A DNA stretch of 63,450 bases, counting the filler, from Octopus bimaculoides (Eukaryota), in assembly GCF_001194135.2 (NCBI RefSeq). It is 8 parts of 8 records of this genome, joined end to end, with 100 filler letters (N's around TTAATTAATTAA, not from the genome) between each part and the next. Parts side by side here need not be neighbours in the genome. Positions count along the whole stretch, not along the records: positions 12,686 to 16,542 come from NW_026340064.1; positions 16,643 to 27,321 come from NC_069004.1; 6 more parts are not named here. One strand, written 5' to 3'. How positions within the stretch are numbered: position 1 is the first letter of the stretch; the number at the start of each line of letters is the position of its first letter. Positions 14,687-26,535 of this stretch are shown piece after piece. Position numbers and translations under genes: made by a program. The notes below the pieces were generated by a model. The model ran no database searches. It was not told the DNA's origin and saw only the letters and a program-made list of their open reading frames with translations.

Positions 14687-14719
<33 letters not shown>

Positions 14720-14721
<2 letters not shown>

Positions 14722-14945
14722 CTTGCACAGAGAAATGAAAGACAAGGTCATCACTGCATATTTGAAGCACCTCAAACTTCTCTGAAATCAACTCAAGGAA
14801 CCTAGTGACTGCCACCAACATATGGGCTGTTGCCGTAATCCGCACTACCTGAAGGACAATGACAATGCATGATGCCCTCCACCCTAAGGCAAATGTACAC
14901 AGGCTCTACATGAAGTGAGGTAAAGGTGGACATGGACTGATTAGC
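14720..14945 (+). mobile_element. R4/Dong-like internal fragment
   Basis: Translates MTMHDALHPKANVHRLYMK*GKGGHGLIS, similar to the HPKADVDRLY...GGRGL motif. Follows (ATT)n. Confidence 0.7.
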
Positions 14946-15189
14946 GTACGGGATTAGCGTACAAGGACTGATTAGCGTACTTAGCGGTATTTCGTCCGTC
15001 GCTACGTTCTGAGTTCAAATTCCACCGAGGCCTTTCATTCTTTCGGGGGTCGATAAATTAAGTACCAGTGAAACACTGGGGTCAATGTTATCGATTACTC
15101 TCCTCTCCCAAAATCTCGGGCCTTGTGCCTCTAGTAAAAAGGATTATTATTATTATTGTTGTTATTCTTATTTTGATGTAAACTATCAG

Positions 15190-15475
15190 CTTATTTTGCT
15201 GGGTATGATTCAAAACGTCAGCTGTCCACAGCCACCAGCCTAAAGTGACACTTGTTTACTGGTCATGCTTCAAGAACCTCGTGGAGAAATCTTACAGTTC
15301 CAAACAATGATGCTTTCTGTAGGTCTTCTATCTTTGCATTTTCACCAATCTTTTCGAGCCATGTTGGTAATTCAGCGCTGATACTTCCAAGCGCACCAAT
15401 TACTACTGGTAAACACGTCCACTCTCTTCATTGCTCACAACCTGCGTATTTTCCACTTCAGATCGTCATAGTTGT
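15190..15475 (-). mobile_element. R4/Dong-like 3' fragment, different subfamily
   Basis: Translates YDDLKW...PVVIGALGSIS...LQKASLFGTVRFLHEVLEA*. (TAA)n at both ends. Confidence 0.75.
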
Positions 15476-16542
15476 TCACTTTATTATCATCATTATTATT
15501 ACTACTATTATTATCATTATTATTATTATCAAAATAAGAATGGTATTTGTCGCTGCCATAATTCACTGTTTCAGGGTTTTGCTTGTCAGTATGATTAAGG
15601 TTTTCTTATTGACCAATAATTACTAATCATCTCCCAAATTACATTTTGCGTCTTGTATTTAATGTCATTATTATGGTTGTATGAATAAAACAAAATTACT
15701 GCTATCTGTCTTGCTATAACGGCTTCAACAACTGATATGGCACTGATCAATTTTTCTTTCTTTCTTTTTTTTTATCGATTGAGCGATAGTCGCCAGTGAA
15801 AAAAAAATCATTATCGTCTTCCTCATCTCCATCCTCTTCACCCTTATCGTCATTATTATTATCAATATTATTATTATTTTCATCATTATTATTTTTTTTA
15901 TTATCATCGTTAAAGCGGTACAGGACGTCGATACAGCATTATATGATATGTAACTCCACGTTATATATATCATATTGCATTGTATCGTCCAAAATTGCTC
16001 CTACCCTTGAATGAAGAAAATTGTAGTTGATGATGATGATGATGTTGTTGTTGTTGTTGTTATTGTTAAGGCGGCGAGCTGGCAGAACCGTTAAGCACGC
16101 TTGGGCGAAACGCTTAGCGGTATTTCGCCCGTCGTTGCTACGTTCTGAGTCGAAATTCCGCCGAGGTCGACTTTTGCCCTTCATCCTTTCGGGGAGGGGG
16201 CGATGAAATAAGTACCAGTTATGCACTGAGGGTCGATATATGCATATGTATACGGGTAATATAGTATAGTAAAGAGAAATAAACAAAATAATTAATTAAT
16301 CTAGTGGAAATCCACAGGAGAGCAATAAAAATAGAAAATTAAGGAGTTATCTCCCCTATAATAACAAAGACGAAAGCTAACGATGTCCTAAGGACCTAAT
16401 AATAGTTATGTATGTGTTTTTTCGTGTTTTGTTCGAAAGGTAACCACTCCTGAAGAAGTGCCAAACGTCTAAATCCAATGGACCAGTCACTGGATAAGTT
16501 TGGCACAGAAATGTTAACATAGAGTGGTGAATAAATCGATAT

Positions 16543-16642
16543 NNNNNNNNNNNNNNNNNNNNNNNNNNNNNNNNNNNNNNNNNNNNTTAATTAATTAANN
16601 NNNNNNNNNNNNNNNNNNNNNNNNNNNNNNNNNNNNNNNNNN
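16543..16642. other. Artificial 100-bp scaffold spacer (44 N + TTAATTAATTAA + 44 N)
   Basis: The same 12-mer sits inside N-runs at 12630, 16587, 27366, 36786, 43803, 59406 and 62111. It has stops in all six frames. Confidence 0.95.
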
Positions 16643-16703
16643 CTATTTCTGAATTCTCAGTATGTTGGAGAAGCAGGTTACTGTCAATCCCTATATATTT
16701 ATG

Positions 16704-16741
<38 letters not shown>

Positions 16742-18875
16742 TATTCAGGTGAATCCAGCACATAAATGGTAAAGCACCGGGTTGAGTCAAAATCAAAATG
16801 CATACACAGCAACTATAGATGAATACAAATGTTAGTACCGAAGTACAGACAGAAAGATATTCGGATTATGTACATAATTAATTGAACCCTACAGAATATA
16901 TTACTAGCTCATGGGCAAATCCAGAAACGCGCCTTGTTTTAAATATACAGTCCATATAATATACTTCGGAACACGCGAGGAGCAGGTTCCAAGAGAAGTG
17001 TATCTTAAATTAATAAATAAGAAACGCTTGATAGGTGTCAGTTCCTTACATCTGTTTCCAAAGAATTTCTTTTAATTAATAGGCACATTATATTATTATA
17101 AAAAACCGTTTTCTTCAGATGAGTACACGAACCACAGTATTAGGAATATTTAAAAGCATTTTAAAATCCTCGGCAAGTATATATATAGTGATTACACGAC
17201 CTTCGCTGGTCGCAGAATGTTTGCCAAATCAGCTAAGTAGTCTTATAGCAGACGACAGCACAATAAGCTTTGCTGTCTTATTGACTTTGAATAATTTTTT
17301 TTTTTTTAATACAAATGTTCCCAACCTTGCAAAAAACTGTATCATCTAATTAAATTACCTTTTCTCAAAATGCATTGAAAACGTTATAACATATTCAGAA
17401 CACTATTTCAGAAAATTATCTCCGTTCTTTTTGAGCATATAAAAGACAAATTCAAATGGGGCAAAATGAGTAAGAAAGGATAAAGTAAATTTGCCTCTCC
17501 AATTTTCTTATTTCTTTATTGCCCACAAGGGGCTAAACAGAGAGGGGACAAACAAGGACAGAGAAAGGGATTAAGTCGATTACATCAACCCCAGTGCGTA
17601 ACTGGTACTNNNNNNNNNNNNNNNNNNNNNNNNNNNNNNNNNNNNNNNNNNNNNNNNNNNNNNNNNNNNNNNNNNNNNNNNNNNNNNNNNNNNNNNNNNN
17701 NNNNNNNNNNNNNNNNNNNNNNNNNNNNNNNNNNNNNNNNNNNNNNNNNNNNNNNNNNNNNNNNNNNNNNNNNNNNNNNNNNNNNNNNNNNNNNNNNNNN
17801 NNNNNNNNNNNNNNNNNNNNNNNNNNNNNNNNNNNNNNNNNNNNNNNNNNNNNNNNNNNNNNNNNNNNNNNNNNNNNNNNNNNNNNNNNNNNNNNNNNNN
17901 NNNNNNNNNNNNNNNNTGCCCGGCGTGCCAACGTTTCTGCCAGCTCGCCGCCTTAAATTTAAAGCTTGCCTCTCCAGTTTTCTTGCATTACATTTGAAAA
18001 CAGATTCATACACAACAATATCCACCCTTTTACATCAGAAAGATCAGAAATGCAAAAAAATTTAAAAAATTTAAAAAAATTTTAAAAATAAGAAATTAGA
18101 ATATGTAGGTCAATGAAAGAGGATCTTGTAAAATGCACACATTATGTGAAATTAACGAAACTCGACTAAATCTAAAAACTAAACGTAGAATATTCTCATT
18201 AGCTTCTTTACCATCTGCTGGAGTGGCTCTCTTCCCGATATTTTTACGTACCATACGGTTAAAGAGAAGAAATTATATATACATATAAAGATAAAGATCC
18301 TTTCCAGGTCATATAGACTCATAGAATTGGTTTCTCAGTTTCCGTGGCGTATACTCTTCTTTGCCAGCTATATGGATTGGAGTAACATAAAACGAAGTAT
18401 TTTGTTCAAGAACACAGCGTCGCCCGGTCGAAGAATCGAAACCACAATCTTACGACCATGAGTCCAACGCCCTAACTACTAAATCACACGGCTCCACACA
18501 CACACAAACACACACATAATGTAGTCGACTAGTATATCCTTGGTTGTGGCCAGCTAGAAAGTTACCTTTGGTTTCACGTCTACGATTGCATTTGACAATG
18601 TAGGTGAGTGTTCAAATGGCCGGAGGCACATAACCTCCCCACTAATAGAGGTAAAAATTCAGTCTTCGTTAGTTTGGTGATGGAAAAAATCCGCGAAACG
18701 AAAAAATCCTTTCTGGGAGGGACAGAGTTACCTCCCGTTGAACAATTCCAGCAGTGTCCGAAATGAGTCAGCTTTTGTACGTCTCTTCCCCTGTTCACTA
18801 GGCGGTAAACGGCAGGACCATGTTTCCAAAATACATTTCCTATCATAAGGGCTCCACTAGAAATCTCATTATTAG

Positions 18876-19007
18876 TTATTTAACCACTTATCCTGCCGTT
18901 TCGCAGCCTTCATCATGTAATAATAATTTATTATACACTGAAATTATAATTCCATGATGAAGGCTGCGAAACGACCGTAATCCTAAGGATAACAAGTGGT
19001 TAAATAA
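18876..19007. repeat. Nested inverted repeat (perfect 14-bp and 21-bp arms) with hammerhead-like core
   Basis: 18876-18889 pairs with 18994-19007, and 18897-18917 pairs with 18953-18973 (cgtttcgcagccttcatcatg / catgatgaaggctgcgaaacg). Confidence 0.8.
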
Positions 19008-20194
19008 ACATATTCACCACTCATACCTCCTGACATTTTATGGTTTATATACCCTTCATGAAATAATTTAATTGACTGGATCTTCTGGATTTCACCTGCA
19101 TAGAACTCTGCATTAGTACTGAATGTGGTATGTTAGCCGGGCCCACTAGCAGGGCTTTCTGTGAATCCATATATTTCACTACGAATATATCTGTGTGTAT
19201 GTATGTGTATGTGTGTTAAAAACGTTTCGGATGGTAGTCTTTCCTCGTAGAGTTCTAACTGTAAATTATATTAAATATCTAATGTCTTTGTAGCATACTT
19301 ACCACCTTATCTTGCATCCCCGCTCACTGAATTCTAGTATATATACAGAAAATGTCCTTGAAATTCCTGATGTGCCAGCAGTCTGATGGCGTGGTTTCTG
19401 TCTGTTTTTTCTTTTTCTTTTTGTTTCTTTTTGCTCTCTAATCCTTACTACTCTCCCCCTCCCTTTCGTTTTTTTCTAAGACGGCAATTCTTCTAGATTG
19501 TCTCTTCTCTCAATATCTTTGCCATACGTTTGTGTGTCTGTGTGTGTGTGTCTGTCTGTGTGTGTGTGTGTNNNNNNNNNNNNNNNNNNNNNNNNNNNNN
19601 NNNNNNNNNNNNNNNNNNNNNNNNNNNNNNNNNNNNNNNNNNNNNNNNNNNNNNNNNNNNNNNNNNNNNNNNNNNNNNNNNNNNNNNNNNNNNNNNNNNN
19701 NNNNNNNNNNNNNNNNNNNNNNNNNNNNNNNNNNNNNNNNNNNNNNNNNNNNNNNNNNNNNNNNNNNNNNNNNNNNNNNNNNNNNNNNNNNNNNNNNNNN
19801 NNNNNNNNNNNNNNNNNNNNNNNNNNNNNNNNNNNNNNNNNNNNNNNNNNNNNNNNNNNNNNNNNNNNNNNNNNNNNNNNNNNNNNNNNNNNNNNNNNNN
19901 NNNNNNNNNNNNNNNNNNNNNNNNNNNNNNNNNNNNNNNNNNNNNNNNNNNNNNNNNNNNNNNNNNNNNNNNNNNNNNNNNNNNNNNNNNNNNNNNNNNN
20001 NNNNNNNNNNNNNNNNNNNNNNNNNNNNNNNNNNNNNNNNNNNNNNNNNNNNNNNNNNNNNNNNNNNNNNNNNNNNNNNNNNNNNNNNNNNNNNNNNNNN
20101 NNNNNNNNNNNNNNNNNNNNNNNNNNNNNNNNNNNNNNNNNNNNNNNNNNNNNNNNNNNNNNNNNNNNNNNNNNNNNNNNNNNNNNNNNNNNNN

Positions 20195-20249
<55 letters not shown>

Positions 20250-20419
20250 CCTCTCTCCCTTAAATATCCTATCCTATCATATTATATATATTGTTTTCCA
20301 GTCTTTGCTCGTTCTCTTGCATAAATCATACAATTTTCAAATTTCTCTGTCGTGCAATAATCACACAAGATTTGAAAACAAAAGTCTTTCCGGCTGCATG
20401 TTTGTCAGTGGGATTTAAA

Positions 20420-20940
20420 TCACGTAAGTCCAGTGACTGGTTCGCTCTTGAATGCTACTGGTAACATGTAATCCAGTACAACCTGTTGCATGGTCGGGTC
20501 GTCGGCGACTAAACTGGCAACCCCACCAGGTTTGCTTGGTGAGGACGGTGTCGCTGGACACCCTGCGGGACGAAACATAAGACCCGTCAATGCGCGGAGG
20601 AACTCATGAGCAGTCAACGGCCATCCAACAAAATATTTGAAACGACTTTTTCCACAAATGAAGTCCCTCAGGGACTTAGGTACATGGATCAAGCGGAGAC
20701 CTAGGATGGGAGAATGGAAGAGAGAATGCAGACAGGCACTCACTCTGTTCTCTCGGACGAGCAACACAGGCAGCGAGGCTACCACTGCGGATTTTTATAG
20801 AGGGTTGGTAGAGCATAAGTCCGACGATGTCCTGGGGAAGACTCTGGGCTTCAATAAAGAGCAACTGACCAACCTGTTCGGAAGTACATTCGGGCCGAGA
20901 TATCTGGATAACTTCCAGAAACTCTTGGGATCAATGTGAT
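20420..20940 (+). mobile_element. Probable L1/Tx1-clade ORF2 C-terminal fragment
   Basis: GC-richer segment with a long frame (one stop at 20607) ending FYRGLVEHKSDDVLGKTLG...TFGPRYLDNFQK. Assignment is by recalled similarity only. Confidence 0.5.
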
Positions 20941-20996
20941 CCCCTAAAGCCCAAAATTTCTGGCCTCGTGCCAAAATTTGAAACCAATATTGTGTG

Positions 20997-21277
20997 TGTG
21001 AAGGCGTGTGGCTTTGTTGTTAGATTGTTGCGCTCACGATCATGAGATCATGATTTCGATTCCCAGACCGGCAGTGCGATGTGTACTTGATTTTATGTTG
21101 CACCAGTCCACTCAACTATAAATTAGTAACCTTATCACAGATTAGCGTCCCGTTCAGGAGTGTTGGCCACTTCACCTGGCTATAGAGGTGATGGTATCAT
21201 TCGAAAGCTACAACAATGCGAAGCGCATTGTGACCAGCGATGTATAATGACATCTGAAGATAGTCTGGTCGATACTG
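20997..21277 (+). mobile_element. SINE family D with RTE-derived 3' tail
   Basis: tRNA head (GGCTTTGTTGTTAG...TTTCGATTCCC). Tail 21220-21247 matches the RTE 3' end at 53325-53298 in 25 of 28 positions. Related tail at 13400-13560. Confidence 0.75.
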
Positions 21278-21505
21278 GGACACATACACACACACGCATA
21301 CAGATAGATAGATAGATAGATAGATAGATAGTTAGATAGATAGATAGATAGATAGATACATACATACATACATACATACATACATACATACATACATACA
21401 TGCACACAGGTGAGCACATACGTGCAAAACAAGGTGGAAAAAATAGTACTCGAATACCAAAGGTAGAGTAATATGTTTATTATTAAAGCTGCAAAATTAT
21501 CACAG

Positions 21506-21547
21506 AACTGTTACTCAGAGTTTCACGTTCCCGTTCGTCGGACAGTT
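21506..21547 (-). ncRNA. Type I hammerhead ribozyme motif (U4C variant)
   Basis: Minus strand reads AACTGT CCGACGA ACG GGAA CGT GAAAC TCTGA GTA ACAGTT: perfect 6-bp helix I, 3-bp helix II with GNRA loop, GAAA, ACT/AGT helix III and a GUA site. Confidence 0.75.
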
Positions 21548-21709
21548 GTGTGTGTGTATGTGTGTGTAAAATTAAAGTTTAGACAGGAGACTTTAAAATG
21601 TAGAATCCAAACCTGGTTTTGGATATGTCCCTAGTAGTGTACATTGAGAGATCATTTACCACTTACGACTACTCGGCGTCATCCGTGGTTGTGCACGTTT
21701 AGTATATTT

Positions 21710-22048
21710 TAAATGATTGAATAGGGAAGACAATGTACTGCAAGCTTTATTTAGCATGACGATCTGCATTGCCCCCTAGTGAGTAGGGGCGATATAATGG
21801 AATCGAACGCACCCTGCAGTGCAGAAGAAACCTGATCAGGTTACATAATACCCTACAGTGTTATAATATTACATTTCGCTGCTGTGTGTGGCAGGATGAT
21901 TTAACCTGATGATGTTTCTTCTGCACTGTGGGATGCATTCGATTCCATTATACCGTTCCCCACCCACGAGGTGTAGATGTAAGCCGAAACGATCGTCGTG
22001 CTAAATAAAGCTTACAGTACACTCTTGTCTTTCCTATCAATCAATTTA
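21710..22048. mobile_element. Foldback element with ~140-bp imperfect arms; hammerhead-like remnant in the right arm
   Basis: tataatggaatcgaa...tgcagaagaaac versus gtttcttctgca...ttcgattccattata, and aagctttatttagcatgacgatc versus gatcgtcgtgctaaataaagctt. Confidence 0.7.
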
Positions 22049-22063
22049 TACACACACACACAC

Positions 22064-22117
<54 letters not shown>

Positions 22118-22176
22118 ATANNNNNNNNNNNNNNNNNNNNNNNNNNNNNNNNNNNNNNNNNNNNNNNNNNNNNNNN

Positions 22177-22219
<43 letters not shown>

Positions 22220-22899
22220 ATTAGCAGAATGACTCAAGATCCGGGAGTTCCGTGCGTTGCGTTGGCAGGCACTTATCAAGCTCTCGGCCCTTGAGTCCCT
22301 CCGTTGCTTCTACTAACTATTATAAAAATATGCATATACTCATATTTTGAGTTCTACTTTTCCTGTTTGCATCACAATACCTGCATATGTGCATGTGTAT
22401 GTGTGTGAGAATGCGGCAGAGAGAGTAAGAGTATACACGCACACACACACATATATAGAGAGAGGGGGAGAGAAAGAAAGAAAGAAAGCTGATGTCTTGC
22501 TTTTTATGTTCGTGAATTCTTAATAATATTTGTAACAATGAAAGCGTTAGTAGTATTATCAATATTTAATAAAGAGAACATTGTTACTGGTATTATTTTG
22601 CGGTTTTAGCCTTGGAAATTTGAAATAGTGGCACTTTACTTTTTTATGGAGGAAAATGTTATTACAAATGCGAATAAAATGTAATTATACTTCACAAATA
22701 ATATATTTGACGTGTGTACGTAATTACGAAATTTGATAATAGTAATGCATTTATTCGGAGCGGTTAATTAATTAATAAATATTTGTTTAGAAAACTATTG
22801 ACTGTATAAGTAATGCACAATAAGTAGTAAATAATTATGCAGTGATGCACAAATCAGAATAAACATCACAACATCACAAGTAGTTGGTGAGCTAAAAAT

Positions 22900-23350
22900 T
22901 ATTTTAATTTCTAGAAAACACAAAGAGAGAGAAAGAGAGAGGGGGAGATTGGATAAAGAAAGAGAGAGAGGGAGTGAGAGTGTGAGACAAACTGAGAGTG
23001 TGTGAAACAAAGTGAGAGAGTGTGAGACAAAGTGAGAGAGTGATAAGTGAAAAAGCGAGAGAGTGAGAGAGAGAAAGTGTGAAAGAATGAGATAGTGTGA
23101 GAATGCGGCAGAGAGAGTAAGAGTGTGGGTAAGAGTAAGAAAGAACGTGTTAAAGTGAGGGAAAGAAAGTAAGAATGAGCATGAATGAGAGGGAAAGACT
23201 GAGAGAGGAAGAGTGAGAATGCGGCAGAGTTAGTGAGAGTGTAAGTGAGAAAGCAAGAGAGATAAAAAGCGTGAGAGAGAGAAAGGCGTGAGAGTGAGAA
23301 AGCAAAAAGGTAAAACAAAGAGAAACGAAAAGTATGCGTAAAAGTAACAT
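22900..23350. repeat. Degenerate GA-rich purine tract
   Basis: Visible directly. Shares a 30-mer (gtgtgagaatgcggcagagagagtaagagt) with 22403-22432. Confidence 0.9.
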
Positions 23351-24014
23351 GCAAAAGTTAAAATAACAAAAAAGAAAATCATATGGAGCAAGGTCCGCGC
23401 TAAATACTTAGCGGAAAAATATATATATATTATTGCTTTTTATGTTTTTTGTGTTCGTCTCTTGCTTTAATGTAAGAAGAAGCGTGCATTGTTAGTTGCT
23501 GGTGTAGTTTTATGTAATTTTATATGAGATATTTGTTGAAAGGAGGCTTCAAAGTAAAGAGTTATTGACAAGAAGAAGAAAGTGAAAATAGGTATAAATA
23601 TATTAAATAAACGAAAAGAAGCAGGAACTACGTCAAATTCGAAGGTAAAGTTATTGTGTGGAAGCAAAAATATCGACAATTAATACACTATATATATATC
23701 GACAATTAGAGAACGACATTGCACAGTAACACCATTTATATATATATGTGTTCGCGACTAAACGTTTGGTGGATAATATACACGCATACTTACTTAAACA
23801 CGCACATACAGATATAGTATTTATGCAATGTGTTGTATCTTTAATAGGTACAAATATATATAATTCATTATCACTCTCTATGTTAAACTTAAGTTATCAA
23901 CTAAAATCCGTATTTAAGCATTGAATAAACTAACGAAAATCGACACGAAATAGCTACATAAATCGAGTAGAATAATAAAACGAAAGAAGAGAAGCGGATA
24001 AAAACGTCGAAGAA

Positions 24015-24164
24015 ATGGTAAATGAGAAACTTCCAGAAAACTCCTGGTCCGACAACCCAGCGGATGCAGAACAATTCAGTGATGAAGAAGAGGAAAATGA
24101 TATCGATACCAATGAGAATCATACCACGTCGTGGTCTCCTTACGAAGACCCATATCAACGACCG
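24015..24164 (+). CDS. Candidate first coding exon of an unidentified plus-strand gene
   Basis: gaaATGG start context, then 50 stop-free codons (MVNEKLPENSWSDNPADAEQFSDEEEENDIDTNENHTTSWSPYEDPYQRP) in non-repetitive sequence, ending at CCG|gtagga followed by AT-rich sequence. No homology recognised and no further exons linked. Confidence 0.4.
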
Positions 24165-24199
24165 GTAGGAAAAAAAATTATTTGTTTTTAAATTTTTAT

Positions 24200-24543
24200 T
24201 CGGCTCTTTATGTTTCTGAGTTCAAATCCCGTCGAAGTTGACCTTGCTTTTCATCTTTTCAGACCCGAATATTGGGTCGATTTCAGGGCTTTTGCCCAAG
24301 TAGAAAGGATTATTATTATTAATGTGGCAAGTTGGCAGAACCGTTAGCATTTCGTCCGTCTTTACAATCTCAGTTCAAATTTCACCGGGGTCGATAAATT
24401 AAGTACCAGTCCAGCACTGGGGTCGATGTAATTGACTAGCCCCCCAGCCTCCCCAAAATTTGAGGCCTTGTGCTTACTATTAGAAAGCATTCTCTTGATA
24501 GATATTGTCTTCCATGTCTTGGGCCCTTGTGGCCCAGAAAGAA

Positions 24544-24603
<60 letters not shown>

Positions 24604-25212
24604 CTCAAGTTCAAATCAAATCGCGATCGTCTTTGCCGTTCATCCTTTCGAGGTCGATGAAAATAAAGTACCAGTTATATACTGAGCTCGATGTTACCGA
24701 GTTCCCCCCTCCCCGCAAAATTACTGACCTTGTGTCAAAATTAGGAATTATTGTTACTATGATTGTAGCTGNNNNNNNNNNNNNNNNNNNNNNNNNNNNN
24801 NNNNNNNNNNNNNNNNNNNNNNNNNNNNNNNNNNAATTTTACCGAGTATACTTTTGTCCTCCATCCCTTTTGGGGGTCCGATAAATTAAAGTACGAATGA
24901 AGAACTGGGGTGGGGGTCGATGATGTCGACTAACCCATTCCATTCCATATTGTTCATGTCATGCCAAAATTAGTGACCAATATTATTTTTTACTTAAGGC
25001 AGCGAGCTGGCAGACCGTTAGCGCGCCGGACAAAAATGCTTAGCGGCATTTCGTCCGTCTGTGCGTTCTGAGTTCAAATTCTGCCGAGGTCGACTTTGCC
25101 TTTCATCATTTCGCGATCGATAAAATAAATACGAGTTGAGCACTGGAGTTGATGTAATCAACATACCTCTTCCTGCAGACTTGATGGGCCCTGTCCCAAA
25201 ATTTGAAATCAA
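24200..25212 (+). mobile_element. Cluster of about five SINE-C copies or fragments separated by (TAT)n
   Basis: Repeated gtcgataaa..aagtacca motif. Most complete copy at 24996-25212. Confidence 0.8.
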
Positions 25213-25514
25213 TATTACCTTTTACTTGTTTCAGTCATTGGTTACGCTGTGGCCATGTTGGAGCACCGCCTTGTGAAGTATTAGTCAAACAAATCGATCC
25301 TAGCACTTATTATATTTTTAAGCTTGGTACTTTTATTCTATCGTGTTCTTTTTGCTGAACCGCTAATGCTACGGGGACATAAATACACCAGCTCTGGCTA
25401 TCAGGCTGTAGTGGGACACAGACACGTTTGTATATACGCGACAGGCTTCTTTCAGTTTCCTTCTATAGTAGAAGCAAATATTATTATTTATTCTTTTAAA
25501 ACTTTTTTTTGGTT

Positions 25515-26535
25515 GGTTAATATCTAGGTAATATCTAGTTTGACATCCGGCCACCTAAACAAAACAAAAACAAGTGTATTAAAACCAAAATTTGCGCAAA
25601 CGAACCGGGGATTGGAAAAAGGACTTTCGGAAAATTCATATGAAAAAAGGGTTTGGAAAATTTATGGTTATTTTTAAAATTTTTTTAAATAATAAACATA
25701 AATGCTTATATCTCCATTGGTGGGATATAAGCATCAACAAAAAAATGGTAATTTAAATGTTTACATCAAACCTTAATGAAGCGAGGCCGTGTGTGTGTAA
25801 GAAAAAAACAAACATTTTCTAACAGAAAAGTATGCTATTAAAATTAATTATCTTTACGTATCTATTTTTTAAAAATCACTATGGATAAATGCCAGAAATG
25901 ACCCCAGGCTCTCCAATGTTTTAAATTATAAACAAAAACAAACACGGGCGGGGAGTGGGTTTGGAAAAAAAATCATAAATTTTCAAATTTCTTTGCGAGC
26001 GTGAGAAAGAAACGAGGAGGGTTTGTCTTGGGATGTGCTAGAAACTACAGTCAAATCTCCCTTAAATCACCCTTTTTTTTTCTCTGAAAATATTTACAAT
26101 TTTTTTTTCTTTTTTCTTTTCACCGAAAAGGCTCCTCCTATTGTTTTTAAGTGCAAAAAAAAAATTGGCCAAAATCGGTCCCGGAGGGGGATAGAAGTGG
26201 GGGTAAAATATGAACTTATGTGGTCTTCCTGATCCGAAACTCCTCACATCCCCCACCCTGGAAAAAATGTTCCTCACAACTTTCTTCATAATCGTAATCT
26301 AAGCGTTTGAAAGGTATTTCTATAAAATTTCACTAAAAGATATCCATTTTCCTGAAAGTTAGGGAAAAAATCGGATCATGTGAATTTTCCGAAAGTTCTC
26401 TCCCCAAACTCCGGTTCGTTTGCGCAAATTTTGGTTTTCAGAGTCGTTTACTACACATTTTATTCACCTATTACACCTCTCTTTGTTTCCGTGGCCGGGT
26501 GTTAAAACTAGACATTAACCTATTTTATTAACCCT
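25515..26535. mobile_element. ~1-kb non-autonomous foldback/DNA element with long imperfect terminal inverted repeats
   Basis: aaaaccaaaatttgcgcaaacgaaccgg...tttcggaaaattcatatg (25.58-25.64 kb) is inverted at 26.38-26.44 kb. The outer tctagttt..acatccggccac motif is also mirrored. Confidence 0.65.

Noticed and set aside
16440-16480. CTGAAGA-AGTGCC-AAAC-GTC hammerhead-like string
   Set aside because: G12 is missing and neither helix I nor helix II pairs.
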